The notes under the pieces: generated by a model
Database searches by the model: none
What the model was told of the DNA's origin: nothing
Seen by the model: the letters and a program-made list of their open reading frames with translations, nothing else
Shown here: positions 63,401 through 64,000 of the stretch, piece after piece
How the letters are laid out: each line of letters begins with the position of its first letter
Numbering within the stretch: position 1 is the stretch's first letter
Translations under genes and position numbers: made by a program
Origin: Marsupella aquatica
Taxonomy: Eukaryota > Plantae > Marchantiophyta
NCBI GenBank assembly: GCA_973895155.1
Contig: OZ316898.1
Span: forward strand, 18,487,292-18,551,291
Length of the DNA stretch: 64,000 bases
Reading direction: 5' to 3'

Positions 63401-63690
63401 TGTTAAGTATAGAGTCTGCCAATGACCACCTGTTGGTTCAATATATAGAGTTATTTGAACACTTTGAAGATAAGGCCATCCCATTTGCACATCTAGCAAA
63501 ACAAATTAACGCTATCAAATATGGGTCACAATTGACACAATATGTAGCATTGAGAACTTTTTTTTGACAGAAGATCAGTTATACCCAAAAAAATAAGGGG
63601 CCATGACACGCCCCTTGGTCACATATTGCCAAGATTAGACCTTGATTAGATTTTGCAATTTTCTCTTCAATTTCAACTGTACGTACTCTC

Positions 63691-64000
63691 TGTTAGGTAT
63701 TTACTCCAGGTCTAGGGTTACGACATGTAACCGTAGTTAGACTAATCATAGTAGGAGACGTGGTTAGATTAACTAGGATGCACACTATATGCTAAACGGT
63801 GTTTGCTTGGATAAGTGGAACTTAGGCTCATTGTTATGGAGCCACTTGAGAGAGATGAGGAGAGCTTACACTGTGGAGACTTGGTATAGCTGACAGGCTT
63901 AGAGTTCAATAAAGCTCTCTTGTGTGTTCCCGTGGGTGTAGCCTCGAGGAAGTGAACCACGTATCTCTTGTGTCAACTACTTGCACGTTGGATGTGTCAT
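63691..64000 (+). mobile_element. Start of a probable LTR (copia-like), cut off by the window end
   Basis: Begins TGTTAG and contains aataaa plus the plant copia-LTR-like ccgtgg.tgtagc...gtgaaccacgtatctcttgtgt. Homologous to the remnant at 41160-42120. Confidence 0.55.

Overview
Eukaryotic land-plant DNA: spliced GT-AG genes, Arabidopsis-type TTTAGGG repeats, and gene content that suggests a non-seed plant such as a bryophyte (inference). Intact host genes are a 3-exon cellulose synthase-like D gene (CSLD, 23984-28489, +) and two tandem 2-exon MpaB/Lcp-type (DUF2236) heme oxygenase genes (46409-48793 and 56903-59246, +) in an ~10 kb tandem duplication. A frameshifted Ser/Pro/Arg-rich ORF lies at 36709-38216. 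The most unusual object is a complete 9456-bp PIF/Harbinger-superfamily (PHIS) transposon at 12130-21585 with AGGGCGTCTCAAA termini and an AAT target duplication (Pangu-like). Besides the usual DDE transposase and Myb/SANT-like partner, it carries two cargo genes: an RPA70-C-like Zn/OB-fold ORF and a long decayed ORF (bryophyte repeat-type N-terminal domain, 19-aa repeats, possible BAH-like C-terminus). Its non-coding spacers repeatedly contain the palindrome TTCCGGAA or close variants, which suggests an element-encoded regulatory or anti-silencing system. Two short MITEs share its termini and AAT TSD. Other features: a tandem duplication whose junctions are both filled with (TTTAGGG)3, nested 8-bp-TSD MITEs, a long-TIR Mutator-like element, a decayed fungal-type C2H2 ORF, LTR remnants and minisatellites. 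All protein-family assignments come from visual motif recognition; no searches were run.
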